Assembly: GCA_913043225.1 (NCBI GenBank)
Contig: CAJWLU010000005.1
Location: forward strand, 96,001 to 160,000
Length of the DNA: 64,000 bases
Direction of reading: 5' to 3'
From: an uncultured Acidobacteriota bacterium
GTDB lineage: Bacteria > Acidobacteriota > Vicinamibacteria > Vicinamibacterales > UBA8438
Numbering within the stretch: the first letter of the stretch is position 1; each line of letters starts with the position of its first letter. Positions 20,117 through 32,357 of this stretch are shown here, in pieces. The translations under genes were made by a program, and so were the position numbers. The notes under the pieces are model-generated. The model worked only from the letters and a program-made list of their open reading frames with translations, searched no databases and was not told the DNA's origin.

Positions 20117-21514
20117 GTGACCGACACCCTGATCGACCTAACGTATCTGGTCGCCTCGGTCCTCTTCATCCTTGGGATCAAGGGTCTGACCCACCCGCGG
20201 ACCGCGGTGCGCGGCAATCTGCTCGGCGCCAGCGGCATGCTGTTGGCAGTGGTAGCTACCCTTGTCACGAAGGAGGTACTCGGCTCTGGAACCCAGGGAC
20301 TGGGGATGATCGTAGCTGGCGTTGTCCTCGGTGGGACCATTGGCGCAACGCTGGCGCTCCGCATCCAGATGACAGCGATGCCCGAGATGGTGGCGCTGCT
20401 CAACGCCTTCGGTGGCGCCGCCTCGGCGCTCGTGGCAGGCGCGGTGCTCGCCGCATCAAGTGCCCCGTCGACCCAGACGAGCGTGGCGACCGTGGCCTCT
20501 GGCATTATCGGCTCGGTCACATTCTTCGGCAGTCTGGTCGCCTTCGACAAGCTCCGGGGACTGATGCTGCCAGACAAGCCGGTGCTCTTCCCGGGCCAGC
20601 AACCGCTGAACGTGCTGCTGGGTCTCACCTCGCTCGGTCTCGGCGTCTGGGTAGTGAACGAGCCGTCCGCGCTGATGTCTTATGGCCTGCTTGTCGCCGT
20701 GGGCTCGCTTCTGGGCATACTGCTGACCATTCCGATTGGCGGCGCGGACATGCCGGTCGCCATCGCACTGCTCAACTCATACTCCGGGCTAGCGGCCGCC
20801 TCCACTGGATTCGTCCTCAACAACGAGATCCTGATCATCACTGGCTCGCTCGTGGGCGCCTCTGGACTGATCCTGACCAGGATCATGTGTAAGGCAATGA
20901 ACCGGTCGCTGATGAACGTGCTCCTGGGCGCCATCGGCGAGGAAAACACCAGCGTCCAGGACGCCGACGAAGTGTACGCCGGCAAGGTCAAGAGCGCGTC
21001 TGCCGAGGAAGTAGCGATGCTGCTCGACGGCGCCCGACGGGTGGTCGTCGTTCCCGGTTACGGCATGGCCGTGGCCCAGGCGCAGCATCAGGTTCGCGAT
21101 CTCGCCAACCTGCTCGAGGGCAACGGGACCGAAGTGGAGTACGCGATTCACCCGGTCGCCGGCCGGATGCCTGGCCACATGAACGTACTGCTCGCCGAGG
21201 CCGATGTCGACTACGACAAGCTGCGCGAAATGGACAGTATCAACCCGTCCTTCGAGCAGACCGACGTGTCCCTAATCATTGGCGCCAACGACATCGTCAA
21301 TCCCGTGGCCCGCACCGACCCGTCGAGCCCAATCGCCGGGATGCCCATCCTCGACGTGGATAAGTCCAGGACGGTCGTGGTCATCAAGCGCAGCCTGTCA
21401 CCAGGATTCGCTGGCATCCCGAACCCGCTATTCGCCGCCGACAACACCCTCATGCTTTTCGGCGACGGCAAACAGGCCGTCCTGGATCTCATCGCGGCAG
21501 TCAAGGACACCTAG
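20117..21514 (+). CDS. pntB: NAD(P) transhydrogenase beta subunit
   Basis: IGGADMPV, NSYSG, PGYGMAVAQAQH, HPVAGRMPGHMNV. Confidence 0.96.
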   Translation: MTDTLIDLTYLVASVLFILGIKGLTHPRTAVRGNLLGASGMLLAVVATLVTKEVLGSGTQGLGMIVAGVVLGGTIGATLALRIQMTAMPEMVALLNAFGGAASALVAGAVLAASSAPSTQTSVATVASGIIGSVTFFGSLVAFDKLRGLMLPDKPVLFPGQQPLNVLLGLTSLGLGVWVVNEPSALMSYGLLVAVGSLLGILLTIPIGGADMPVAIALLNSYSGLAAASTGFVLNNEILIITGSLVGASGLILTRIMCKAMNRSLMNVLLGAIGEENTSVQDADEVYAGKVKSASAEEVAMLLDGARRVVVVPGYGMAVAQAQHQVRDLANLLEGNGTEVEYAIHPVAGRMPGHMNVLLAEADVDYDKLREMDSINPSFEQTDVSLIIGANDIVNPVARTDPSSPIAGMPILDVDKSRTVVVIKRSLSPGFAGIPNPLFAADNTLMLFGDGKQAVLDLIAAVKDT

Positions 21515-21621
21515 CCAGCGCCTGACCCGCGAGCTGTCGGAGCGCGACGGCGTCATGCTTTCGAGAACAGCCCGACTCGCCTCGCCGATGGCGGAACCAG
21601 TGGTTCCAGATCCCGGAAAAC

Positions 21622-22596
21622 CTATCCCCGCCAGGTGCCGGCGCGGCGGTGCGTCACTTCGACGAACTGATCGCCGACCCGAAGCCACCAGGCACCAAGC
21701 CGCCTGAACGCAGTCCGAAACGCCGAACGATCCAGCTTCTCCAGGAAGCGGGCGAGCCGCCCGGGCTCCACCGTACACAACTCCTGGCGCCAGGCCCCGG
21801 CCAACTTGCCTTCGGCCTCGGCGAGGGTCTCGGACGGAATCGAGTCGATGACCTCTAGAGCGTAGTCCGGGAAGCCGTAGAACCGCGCCAGCGCCGCTAG
21901 CCGCAGGCGACGGGTCGGCGTGCCCACGGTCTCGACCTCGCGCAGATACACGGCCTGGCCCCAGAGCAGCTGCCCCCGGGTCGGCTGCTCCAACTCGAAC
22001 GCAGCGCGACGGCCTCGGTAGGTCGCAAGGTCGAACAGCTGAAACCCCCGCGCACGGAGATGGTCGTCGATGGCACTAAACAACGGCTGCCCCTGATACA
22101 TCGGGGCGAACTCAACCTCGACCTGGACTGCCAACACGGACCGCCGGACCGTTTCGTCAGCCCCCTCCAGGATCTCGAGCTCGCTCCCCTGGGTGTCCAG
22201 TTTCAGTACGTCGACCTGCTCGATCTCCTCGACCACCAGATGCTCGTCGAGCGTGACGGTCTCGACGTCTCGCTGACCAACGACCTGGAACAAGGCTCCG
22301 CACTGCCGGAAACGTTCCAGCAATGCGAGATTCGGCGCCAGGAGCGATGAACAGGCTGGGCTACGGGTGACATGGAGGCGGCGACGACCGCGCTGCCCGC
22401 CCAGCGCCAGGGGATAGTAACGGCGCCGCTTTTTCCGCTTCGCCACCAGGCGGGCGCACTCCTCTTCGTCGGGCTCGAAGCCGATGTACTCCGCAGTCCG
22501 AAACACCCGCTGAAAGAGGTTTGCCACACCACGCGCCCCGCAATCCACGTAGACGAGTGGACCGCCTGGTGGCGCCGGGTGAAGGATCTTCGTCAC
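21622..22596 (-). CDS. FkbM-family methyltransferase
   Basis: VDCGARG, GFEPD, KLDTQGSELEIL.G, EVEF..MY.GQPLF; GTG at 22596 with AGGAG RBS. Confidence 0.85.
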   Translation of the reverse strand: MTKILHPAPPGGPLVYVDCGARGVANLFQRVFRTAEYIGFEPDEEECARLVAKRKKRRRYYPLALGGQRGRRRLHVTRSPACSSLLAPNLALLERFRQCGALFQVVGQRDVETVTLDEHLVVEEIEQVDVLKLDTQGSELEILEGADETVRRSVLAVQVEVEFAPMYQGQPLFSAIDDHLRARGFQLFDLATYRGRRAAFELEQPTRGQLLWGQAVYLREVETVGTPTRRLRLAALARFYGFPDYALEVIDSIPSETLAEAEGKLAGAWRQELCTVEPGRLARFLEKLDRSAFRTAFRRLGAWWLRVGDQFVEVTHRRAGTWRG

Positions 22597-22883
22597 GACT
22601 TGACTCCTAGCAGCGTCTACCGACGCCAAATGATCATTTTGTGTCTTGGTATACTCGAAAGACTTCCCGCCGCGAGCGCACCAGGCATGTCCAAATGCAG
22701 ACCTATGAAAGGCCAACTGAATTCGGCCCCGGTCGCAGCCGCTTCTAAGCCAATCTCCCCGCAGCCATCGGAGTACCTCGTCAGCCCAGTCTACGACTAC
22801 GCCTTCTTCCGGCTGCCTCCGACCACAGCTCTCTACCTGGGCATTCTCGTCTCCGACGGCGGTTTCGCCAAGAGCGACCAAAC

Positions 22884-23720
22884 GTGATGGCTGGCGGGGC
22901 GGAAGCCACTCAGGTCGCCGACACGGATGTTGTGCGTCTGTCCGGCGTTGGGCTGGTCCGTGACGGCACCTCGATCCTTCAAGAACTCGACTGGCGGGTA
23001 AGGCCAGGGGAACGCTGGGTCGTGCTCGGACCAAACGGCAGCGGTAAGTCCACCCTCTGCCAGATCGTGTCGCTCTACCTGCATCCCTCAACGGGCGCCG
23101 TGCGCGTCCTGGGCGCGCAGCTCGGCCGCGTCGACGTGCGTACCCACCGGCGGCGGATCGGGCTGACCAGCGCCGCGCTTGCCAACATGATGCAGCCGTC
23201 TCTCACGGCTGAGCAGATCGTCGTCGCAGGCAAGCACGCGGCCCTGGCGCACTGGTGGCACGACCATAGCGACCAAGACTGGAACAAGGCACGCTACTGC
23301 CTGGCGCGCGTCGACTGCGCCGGGCACGCGTTACAGACGTTTGGCACGTTGTCGTCGGGGGAGCGGCAGCGTGTGCTCCTGGCCCGGGCGCTCATGACCG
23401 CGCCTGATCTGCTCGTACTAGACGAGCCCACCGCCGGACTGGATGTCGGCGGGCGAGAACGCCTGGTCCGGACGCTGGCCACGTTGGCCGAAGAACCGAC
23501 GGCGCCCGCCCTGGTGCTCGTGACGCACCATGTAGATGAGATTCCGCCCGGATTCACGCACGCACTCCTACTCGCCAGCGGCCAAGTCCACGCCGCAGGT
23601 CCAGTGGAGCAGGTCCTGACGTCCGATGCGTTGTCGAGCTGTTTCGGACTCCCACTTGAGATCGAGCGGCACGCGCGACGCTGGCGAGCATGGGCGCGGG
23701 AGATCCCTCGCCTGCTGTGA
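22884..23720 (+). CDS. ABC transporter ATP-binding protein (ModF/YlmA-like), orphan
   Basis: GPNGSGKS, LSSGE, LDEPTAGLD, VTHH. Confidence 0.9.
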   Translation: MMAGGAEATQVADTDVVRLSGVGLVRDGTSILQELDWRVRPGERWVVLGPNGSGKSTLCQIVSLYLHPSTGAVRVLGAQLGRVDVRTHRRRIGLTSAALANMMQPSLTAEQIVVAGKHAALAHWWHDHSDQDWNKARYCLARVDCAGHALQTFGTLSSGERQRVLLARALMTAPDLLVLDEPTAGLDVGGRERLVRTLATLAEEPTAPALVLVTHHVDEIPPGFTHALLLASGQVHAAGPVEQVLTSDALSSCFGLPLEIERHARRWRAWAREIPRLL

Positions 23721-23732
23721 TCTACGAGAACG

Positions 23733-24030
23733 CTACTTCGGTACGCTCTGCCGGAGCTCGTCGACCACTGAGCCGACAACCTGTCGCCGATAGTCGCCGG
23801 TTTCGGCATAGACCTGCCGCTGGCTGGTACAGCTGGACCCCTTGGCCATCAGCTGGCAAATGCGGAAACTCGGCGTGGCGGCCGAGCCGCTTCGGCACCG
23901 GTTCGTGCGACTCGAGCAAACGATCGACGCTCTCGGAGAACGCCTCGAGCCGCTCCTCATCGTCGATGGTCTCCAGCTCGACTTCAACGCGAAGGGTCAG
24001 CTCCGATGAACCGTTGAGGTAGATTCGCGC
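23733..24030 (-). pseudogene. ybdK: Internally deleted, frameshifted glutamate--cysteine ligase-like (YbdK/GCS2) remnant
   Basis: N-terminal-like NGSSELTLRVEVELETID joined directly to C-terminal-like VDRLLE..EPV.KRLG and, in a shifted frame, GSS...QRQVYAETGD...VV.ELR. Confidence 0.6.
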
Positions 24031-24080
24031 CGCTCCGTCAGTATAGCCACCAGACCGACACGGTACAATCGTGTCCGACC

Positions 24081-24497
24081 GTGGCTGACGCCTCTCAAGC
24101 ACGCTCCCCTCTGATCCGCTACGTGCTGTATCAGATACCTGGCTGGCTGCTGGCCACCCTGGGCGGGCTGGTGCTCTATCGCGTGGCGGACGCCCCCGGA
24201 TGGGTGGGCATCGCCACCCCCGTGCTGTGGGTCATCAAGGATGCGGCGCTCTACCCGTTCTTGAGATCCGCGTATGAGATCAACCCGAGACCGGTCATCG
24301 AACGGCTCGTGGGCCTCGAGGGGACGACCGTCGAAGCACTGGCGCCGCGCGGCTACGTCCGGGTACGAGGCGAGCTGTGGCTGGCTGAGCGTGCGGGCAG
24401 ACCCATTGCTGAGGGCCAGCGGGTCCGCGTCGAGGGGGTAAGGGGAACAACCCTGGTTGTGGGGGGGGCTGACAATCAGACCGACTTCGTCACGTAG
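24081..24497 (+). CDS. NfeD-like membrane protein (C-terminal OB domain)
   Basis: TM segments then LVG.EG...EAL.P.GYVRV.GELW.A, V.VEGV.GTTLVV. Confidence 0.8.
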   Translation: MADASQARSPLIRYVLYQIPGWLLATLGGLVLYRVADAPGWVGIATPVLWVIKDAALYPFLRSAYEINPRPVIERLVGLEGTTVEALAPRGYVRVRGELWLAERAGRPIAEGQRVRVEGVRGTTLVVGGADNQTDFVT

Positions 24498-25437
24498 CCG
24501 GCTGCGCCTCCTCGTTGCGATACCAGGCCATCGTCCGCGCGAGACCTTCCTCGAGCGCCACGAACGGCCGGTAACCGAGCAACTCCCGGGCTAGGGCGAT
24601 GTCGGCCTGGGAATCACGCACGTCGCCCACCCGGGCCGGCGCGAACTCCGGATCCGGCCCGCCACCAGCCCGCTCCCGCATCAACTGATACAGCGTATTC
24701 AACGAAACCCGGTCGCCACAGGAGATATTGATCACCCGACCGGCCACATTCGTGGCCGTACAGGCCCGCAACGTCCCATCCACCACGTTCTGCACGTAGG
24801 TGAAGTCGCGAGTCTGTTCACCGTCGCCGTAGATGATCGGCGCCCGCTGCTCGGCAAGACAGCGGGCGAAGAGCGAGATGACGCCGGAATAGGGAGACGA
24901 CGGATCCTGGCGTGGACCGAAGACGTTAAAGTAGCGCACCGACACCGTCTCGAGCCCATGCAGCCGGAGGAAGAGCCGCGCGTACTGCTCGCCCATAAGC
25001 TTCTGCAGGGCGTAGGGTGACAGCGGGTCGGCTGGCATATCCTCACGCTTGGGGAGCGCTGCCGAATCGCCATAGATCGACGACGAGCTGGCGAAGACCA
25101 CCCGCTTGACACCGTGCCGCTCGGCCGCCACGAACAACCCGAGCGTGCCCGTGACGTTAGCGTGATTGGTAGCGACCGGCTCGTCGATCGACCGGGGCAC
25201 CGAGGGAATGGCAGCCAGATGGACGACGTAATCGATATCTCGCGTCGCCCGATCCATTACGTCGGCGTCGCCCAGATCGCCCACCATCAGCTCGACTTCT
25301 GGCGCGTGCGCCAGGTTCTCACGGCGACCGGTCACCAAGCTGTCGACCACCCGCACCTGCTCGCCCCGTGACCGCAGCTCGTCCACCACATGAGACCCGA
25401 TGAAGCCCGCACCACCCGTCACCAAATAGGTCGCCAT
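24490..25437 (-). CDS. NAD-dependent nucleotide-sugar epimerase (WbpP-like extended SDR)
   Basis: TGGAGFIGSH, SSSSIYG, YALQK, RYFNVFGPRQDP.SPYSGVI. Confidence 0.92.
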   Translation of the reverse strand: MATYLVTGGAGFIGSHVVDELRSRGEQVRVVDSLVTGRRENLAHAPEVELMVGDLGDADVMDRATRDIDYVVHLAAIPSVPRSIDEPVATNHANVTGTLGLFVAAERHGVKRVVFASSSSIYGDSAALPKREDMPADPLSPYALQKLMGEQYARLFLRLHGLETVSVRYFNVFGPRQDPSSPYSGVISLFARCLAEQRAPIIYGDGEQTRDFTYVQNVVDGTLRACTATNVAGRVINISCGDRVSLNTLYQLMRERAGGGPDPEFAPARVGDVRDSQADIALARELLGYRPFVALEEGLARTMAWYRNEEAQPAT

Positions 25438-25462
25438 GTCGCAGAACCCGTGTCCATCACGC

Positions 25463-26590
25463 TCAGTGAAGCGGCGGGAACCCGTTGCGCGGAATACCCG
25501 GGACCACTCGAAGTGCGTTCTCGTAGTACACCTTGCGCAAGACGTCGTCGCTTAGTCCCAGACCGTAGAGCTTCCAGAACGCGTGATAGCGGCGGTAATA
25601 GTCGAAGTACTCGTCCTCCGTCTCAAACGTCCGCCAATAGTAGGGGAACTCCTCCGCCCGATATGAGTCCTTCCCAAACAACACCCGATCGGCGTACTGC
25701 TCGAAGAACGCCTTGGCCGTCCTCGGCTGACGTCCCAGTTCGTACAGAATGGCGCCGGTCCCCACCACGACGTTGGGCAGTTGGTCCAGCAGGTCGCCCA
25801 GCCGGCCCAGGTCGTTGGCGTGCCAGCCCATGTGCGCGGCGATGAACGTTGTATCTGGATGGCGAGCGAACATGCGATCCCGCTCGGCCATGATCGTATC
25901 GAAGCTGGGATACCGATCCGCCGGTAGCCGGCGCCCGGGACGGAGCACCAGCTCGAGCCACCGCTCGTTGTGACGATCGACAGGCTCGAAGAACTCACTT
26001 GGCTCGCCGGTATGGATCAACACGGGGATTCCTAGCGTCGCGCACACCTCCCACACCGGCACCAGTTCCGGGTCGTCGACCTGGACCCGCTGTCCGCTGA
26101 CGTCCAGCACGGTTAAGCCGAAGTTCTTGAAGATCTTCAAGCCAACTGCCCCCGCCTCGACGTCTCGCCGGAGTTGGGCCGCCGCACGCTCGCCAAAACC
26201 TGGCGTCACACCCCGGCTGAAGTCAAGGTTGGCGAAGAACACCATCCGGTCGGGATGCGGGCTACGTCGAATGACCTCAATGCTCGAGGCGAGGGTGGCG
26301 CCGGAGCCACCACTGAGATTGACGAGGACCTGCAGGTTTAGGTCGTCCATCTCCCCGACGATCCGCTCCCATTGCCGCCCCGAGAGCCCTGGGCGATGGT
26401 GACTGTGCACATCCACCACGGGGAACTTAGCGCTCGGCACCGGATGCTCTGGCACGATGAGCGTCGACCGCGGGACGTAGTCCTCGACTGTCATCGGTGC
26501 CGAGAGCTGCGCGCCGCGTCTGTCCTGTGCCACCAACGACACCGCCACGAGCACGGACGCTGCCACCCCGACGCTGATCCAGCGCTTCAT
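25463..26590 (-). CDS. Secreted amidohydrolase_2-family protein
   Basis: DVHSH, GLKIFK, LIHTGEP, AAHMG, LFGKD, KVYYENA. Confidence 0.85.
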   Translation of the reverse strand: MKRWISVGVAASVLVAVSLVAQDRRGAQLSAPMTVEDYVPRSTLIVPEHPVPSAKFPVVDVHSHHRPGLSGRQWERIVGEMDDLNLQVLVNLSGGSGATLASSIEVIRRSPHPDRMVFFANLDFSRGVTPGFGERAAAQLRRDVEAGAVGLKIFKNFGLTVLDVSGQRVQVDDPELVPVWEVCATLGIPVLIHTGEPSEFFEPVDRHNERWLELVLRPGRRLPADRYPSFDTIMAERDRMFARHPDTTFIAAHMGWHANDLGRLGDLLDQLPNVVVGTGAILYELGRQPRTAKAFFEQYADRVLFGKDSYRAEEFPYYWRTFETEDEYFDYYRRYHAFWKLYGLGLSDDVLRKVYYENALRVVPGIPRNGFPPLH

Positions 26591-26615
26591 CAGATATCCA
26601 CTTCGTGCGATTAGA

Positions 26616-27020
26616 ATCCGCCGCAGAGAGACGATAAGCCGAATTCTGTTCCCGGCCGTGACCCCAGAGGGACCGCGACCAGGCGACGACCATTCCTCTA
26701 GTCCCGTCATCACTGACAGGATCCAGCGACCTACCCGGAGGCTTCGGACGGGCTGCCCTACAGCGCCTCCCTATTTGGTCTTGCTCCGTGCGGGGTTTAG
26801 CCTGCCATTCGCCTTACGGCGAACGCGGTGCGCTCTTACCGCACCTTTTCACCCTTACCTGCCTACTCGCGTAGACAGGCGGTATATTTTCTGTGCCACT
26901 TTCCTTCAGGTCACCCTGACCGGGGGTTACCCGGCGCACTGCCCTCTGGAGTTCGGACTTTCCTCCCCGTCCCCGCCCGAAAGCGGCAACGCAGCGGTCG
27001 TCTATCCCTCTACGGCGGAT
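26616..27020 (-). ncRNA. rnpB: RNase P RNA (bacterial type A)
   Basis: GAGGAAAGTCCGAAC and ACAGAATTCGGCTTAT with compensatory P4 pairing; GGTGCGGTAAGAGCGCACC; GGAGCAAG; P1 ends atccgccg/cggcggat. Confidence 0.96.
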
Positions 27021-27075
27021 ATTGGTCTATTTCTCTCCTTTGGCCGTCCACACCAGCCTTCTGCGTGCTTAGCTA

Positions 27076-28440
27076 CTAGCCGTCCTGTTTCTTACTGATG
27101 TTGTGCTGATCCAGCTTCTTGTACAGGTTGCTCCGAGGCGTTTCGATGACCTCGGCGGTCTTGGAAATGTTCCAGTCCTGCTCGCGTAGCTTCTCGACCA
27201 GGAAGGCCCGTTCGGAGGTCTCCTTGAACTCGCGTAGCGTCTTGGCACGCGCCGGTTCTGAGCCGCCCACCCGGGGGGCGAACCGGAGTATGCCGCGGAC
27301 CTCTGCCACGTCAATTACGTCGCCCGGCGTCATCACCACCAGGCGTTCGACCGTGTTCCGGAGCTCACGTACGTTACCGCGCCACTGTTCGCCGCTGAGC
27401 AGCTCGACGGCCGGCAACGTAACCCGCTTCGACCGGAAGTTGTTCTCCCGGCAGAACTGGCGGGCGAAGTGCCCGATCAGCCGAGGAACATCCTCTCGCC
27501 GGTCGCGCAGCGGCGGCACCCGAATCGGAATCACGCTCAACCGGAAGTAGAGATCCTCGCGGAACGCGCCACTCTCGATCGCCTCTTCGAGATTCCGATT
27601 GGTCGCAGCGATGACCCGAACGTTCACCTTGATGGTTCGCGCCGCACCGAGAGGCTCGACCTCGCCCTCCTGGAGGACACGCAGCACCTTGGCCTGCGCC
27701 TGCAAGCTCATGTCACCGACCTCGTCCAGAAAGATGGTTCCCCGATCAGCCCGCTCGAACTTCCCGATCTGCTTCTGGCGCGCGTCGGTGAAGGCGCCAC
27801 GTTCGTGACCGAAGAGCTGCGACTCAATAATCGCTTCCGGCAACGCGGCACAATTGACCTGAATGAATTCCTCGCGCCGGCGTTTGCTGTCGCGGTGAAT
27901 GGCTCGTGCGACCAGTTCTTTGCCGACCCCGCTCTCGCCCTGGATCAGGACGGTGCTATTGGTGGGCGCCGCCCGGCTGATCGCCTCGTTTACCTCTCCG
28001 AGGGCTGGACTCTCGCCCACCATCTCGTGGCGAACGTCGGCCTTCCGCCGGTAGGAACTGACCTCTTTTTCGAGTCGTCGCTGTTTAAGGGCGTTCCGGA
28101 TGTTGACCTTGAGAGCGTCAGCCTCGAAGCCCTTTTCAAGAAATGCGAACGCCCCCTGCTTAGTGGCCTCCACCGCCGTGTTGATGGTGCCGTGCCCCGA
28201 GATCACTATGACGGGTAGGACATCACCACCGTCGCGTAACTGACGGAGCACCTCCAGCCCGTCCATTCCTGGCATCTTGATATCTAATAGCACGAGGTCG
28301 GGACTCTCGCTCTCGATCTTGTCGAGTCCTTCCTGCCCACTACGGGCAAAGACGCACTCGTAGCCCTCGTACTCGAGGGTCATTGCAATCGACTCCCGGA
28401 CGCCTTCGTCGTCGTCGACGACGAGTATTCGCTCGTTCAT
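27076..28440 (-). CDS. Sigma-54-dependent response regulator (NtrC/NtrX/AtoC family)
   Basis: REC domain (DD, DIKMP), GESGVGKE, GAFTDA, FLDEV, C-terminal Fis HTH. Confidence 0.93.
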   Translation of the reverse strand: MNERILVVDDDEGVRESIAMTLEYEGYECVFARSGQEGLDKIESESPDLVLLDIKMPGMDGLEVLRQLRDGGDVLPVIVISGHGTINTAVEATKQGAFAFLEKGFEADALKVNIRNALKQRRLEKEVSSYRRKADVRHEMVGESPALGEVNEAISRAAPTNSTVLIQGESGVGKELVARAIHRDSKRRREEFIQVNCAALPEAIIESQLFGHERGAFTDARQKQIGKFERADRGTIFLDEVGDMSLQAQAKVLRVLQEGEVEPLGAARTIKVNVRVIAATNRNLEEAIESGAFREDLYFRLSVIPIRVPPLRDRREDVPRLIGHFARQFCRENNFRSKRVTLPAVELLSGEQWRGNVRELRNTVERLVVMTPGDVIDVAEVRGILRFAPRVGGSEPARAKTLREFKETSERAFLVEKLREQDWNISKTAEVIETPRSNLYKKLDQHNISKKQDG

Positions 28441-28445
28441 AACCG

Positions 28446-31533
<3,088 letters not shown>

Positions 31534-31565
31534 ACTTGCGATCCAAGTGTCAACGCGACAACCCT

Positions 31566-32357
31566 TTAGCCGGAACTCGCTGTACCAAACAGCGCCTCAA
31601 AGGTCGCTAGCGTTCGCTCCCCGAGGACCAGGGGGGTGGTCTCCCGAAGCTCAGCTAACCGCTCGACCACCGTGGCAACCCAGGCCGGCTCGTTCCGCTG
31701 CCCCCGGTGCGGCACCGGAGCCAAATACGGTGCGTCAGTCTCCACCAGCAGGCGATCGTCGGACACCAGCTTCGCCGCCGCCCGGATCTCGTCCGCACTG
31801 CGGAACGTGGCGATACCAGAGAATGAGACGTGGAAGCCGAGTCCCAGGGCCCGCCGAGCCATCTCCGGGCCACCGGTGAAACAGTGAAAGACGCCCGACA
31901 CGCCACGGGCGGCAGGCTCCTCCAGCAGCTCGAACGTTTCATCTTCAGCGTCGCGCGTGTGAATCACGATCGGCAGGTTTCGCTCACGGGACACCGCAAT
32001 CTGTCGCCTAAACACCTCCCGCTGCACGTCGCGCGGCGAGAAATCATAGTGGTAATCGAGTCCGATCTCTCCTACCGCCACGGTGCCGGGTCGTGCCTCG
32101 ACCGCCGCCTCGAGGAACACGCCGACGTCAGCCGGCCGGTCGGTAAACGCCCCCGCATGATGCGGATGAACTCCGGTGGCAAACCGTACTGCCGGCCAAG
32201 CCTCCTGCACCTCGTCGGCCCGGGTCGCCTCCCGGGCGAGGGTCGCATCAAGGATGCAAAGCACCCCAGACACACCAGCCGCTTTAGCGCGGGCCACCAC
32301 CGGCTCGAGATCCTTGCCGAACGCCTCGTCCGCCAGATGGCAGTGCGAGTCGATCAC
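31566..32357 (-). CDS. tatD: TatD-family DNase
   Basis: DSHCH, GVHPH, GEIGLDY, HTR, HCFTG, ETDAPYL. Confidence 0.95.
   Translation of the reverse strand: MIDSHCHLADEAFGKDLEPVVARAKAAGVSGVLCILDATLAREATRADEVQEAWPAVRFATGVHPHHAGAFTDRPADVGVFLEAAVEARPGTVAVGEIGLDYHYDFSPRDVQREVFRRQIAVSRERNLPIVIHTRDAEDETFELLEEPAARGVSGVFHCFTGGPEMARRALGLGFHVSFSGIATFRSADEIRAAAKLVSDDRLLVETDAPYLAPVPHRGQRNEPAWVATVVERLAELRETTPLVLGERTLATFEALFGTASSG

Noticed and set aside
20540..20555. PntB AFDKL instead of the usual AF[G/A]KL
   Set aside because: Single substitution; cannot be distinguished from natural variation or error
26658..27098. Plus-strand ORFs of 146 and 83 aa
   Set aside because: Antisense shadow of rnpB
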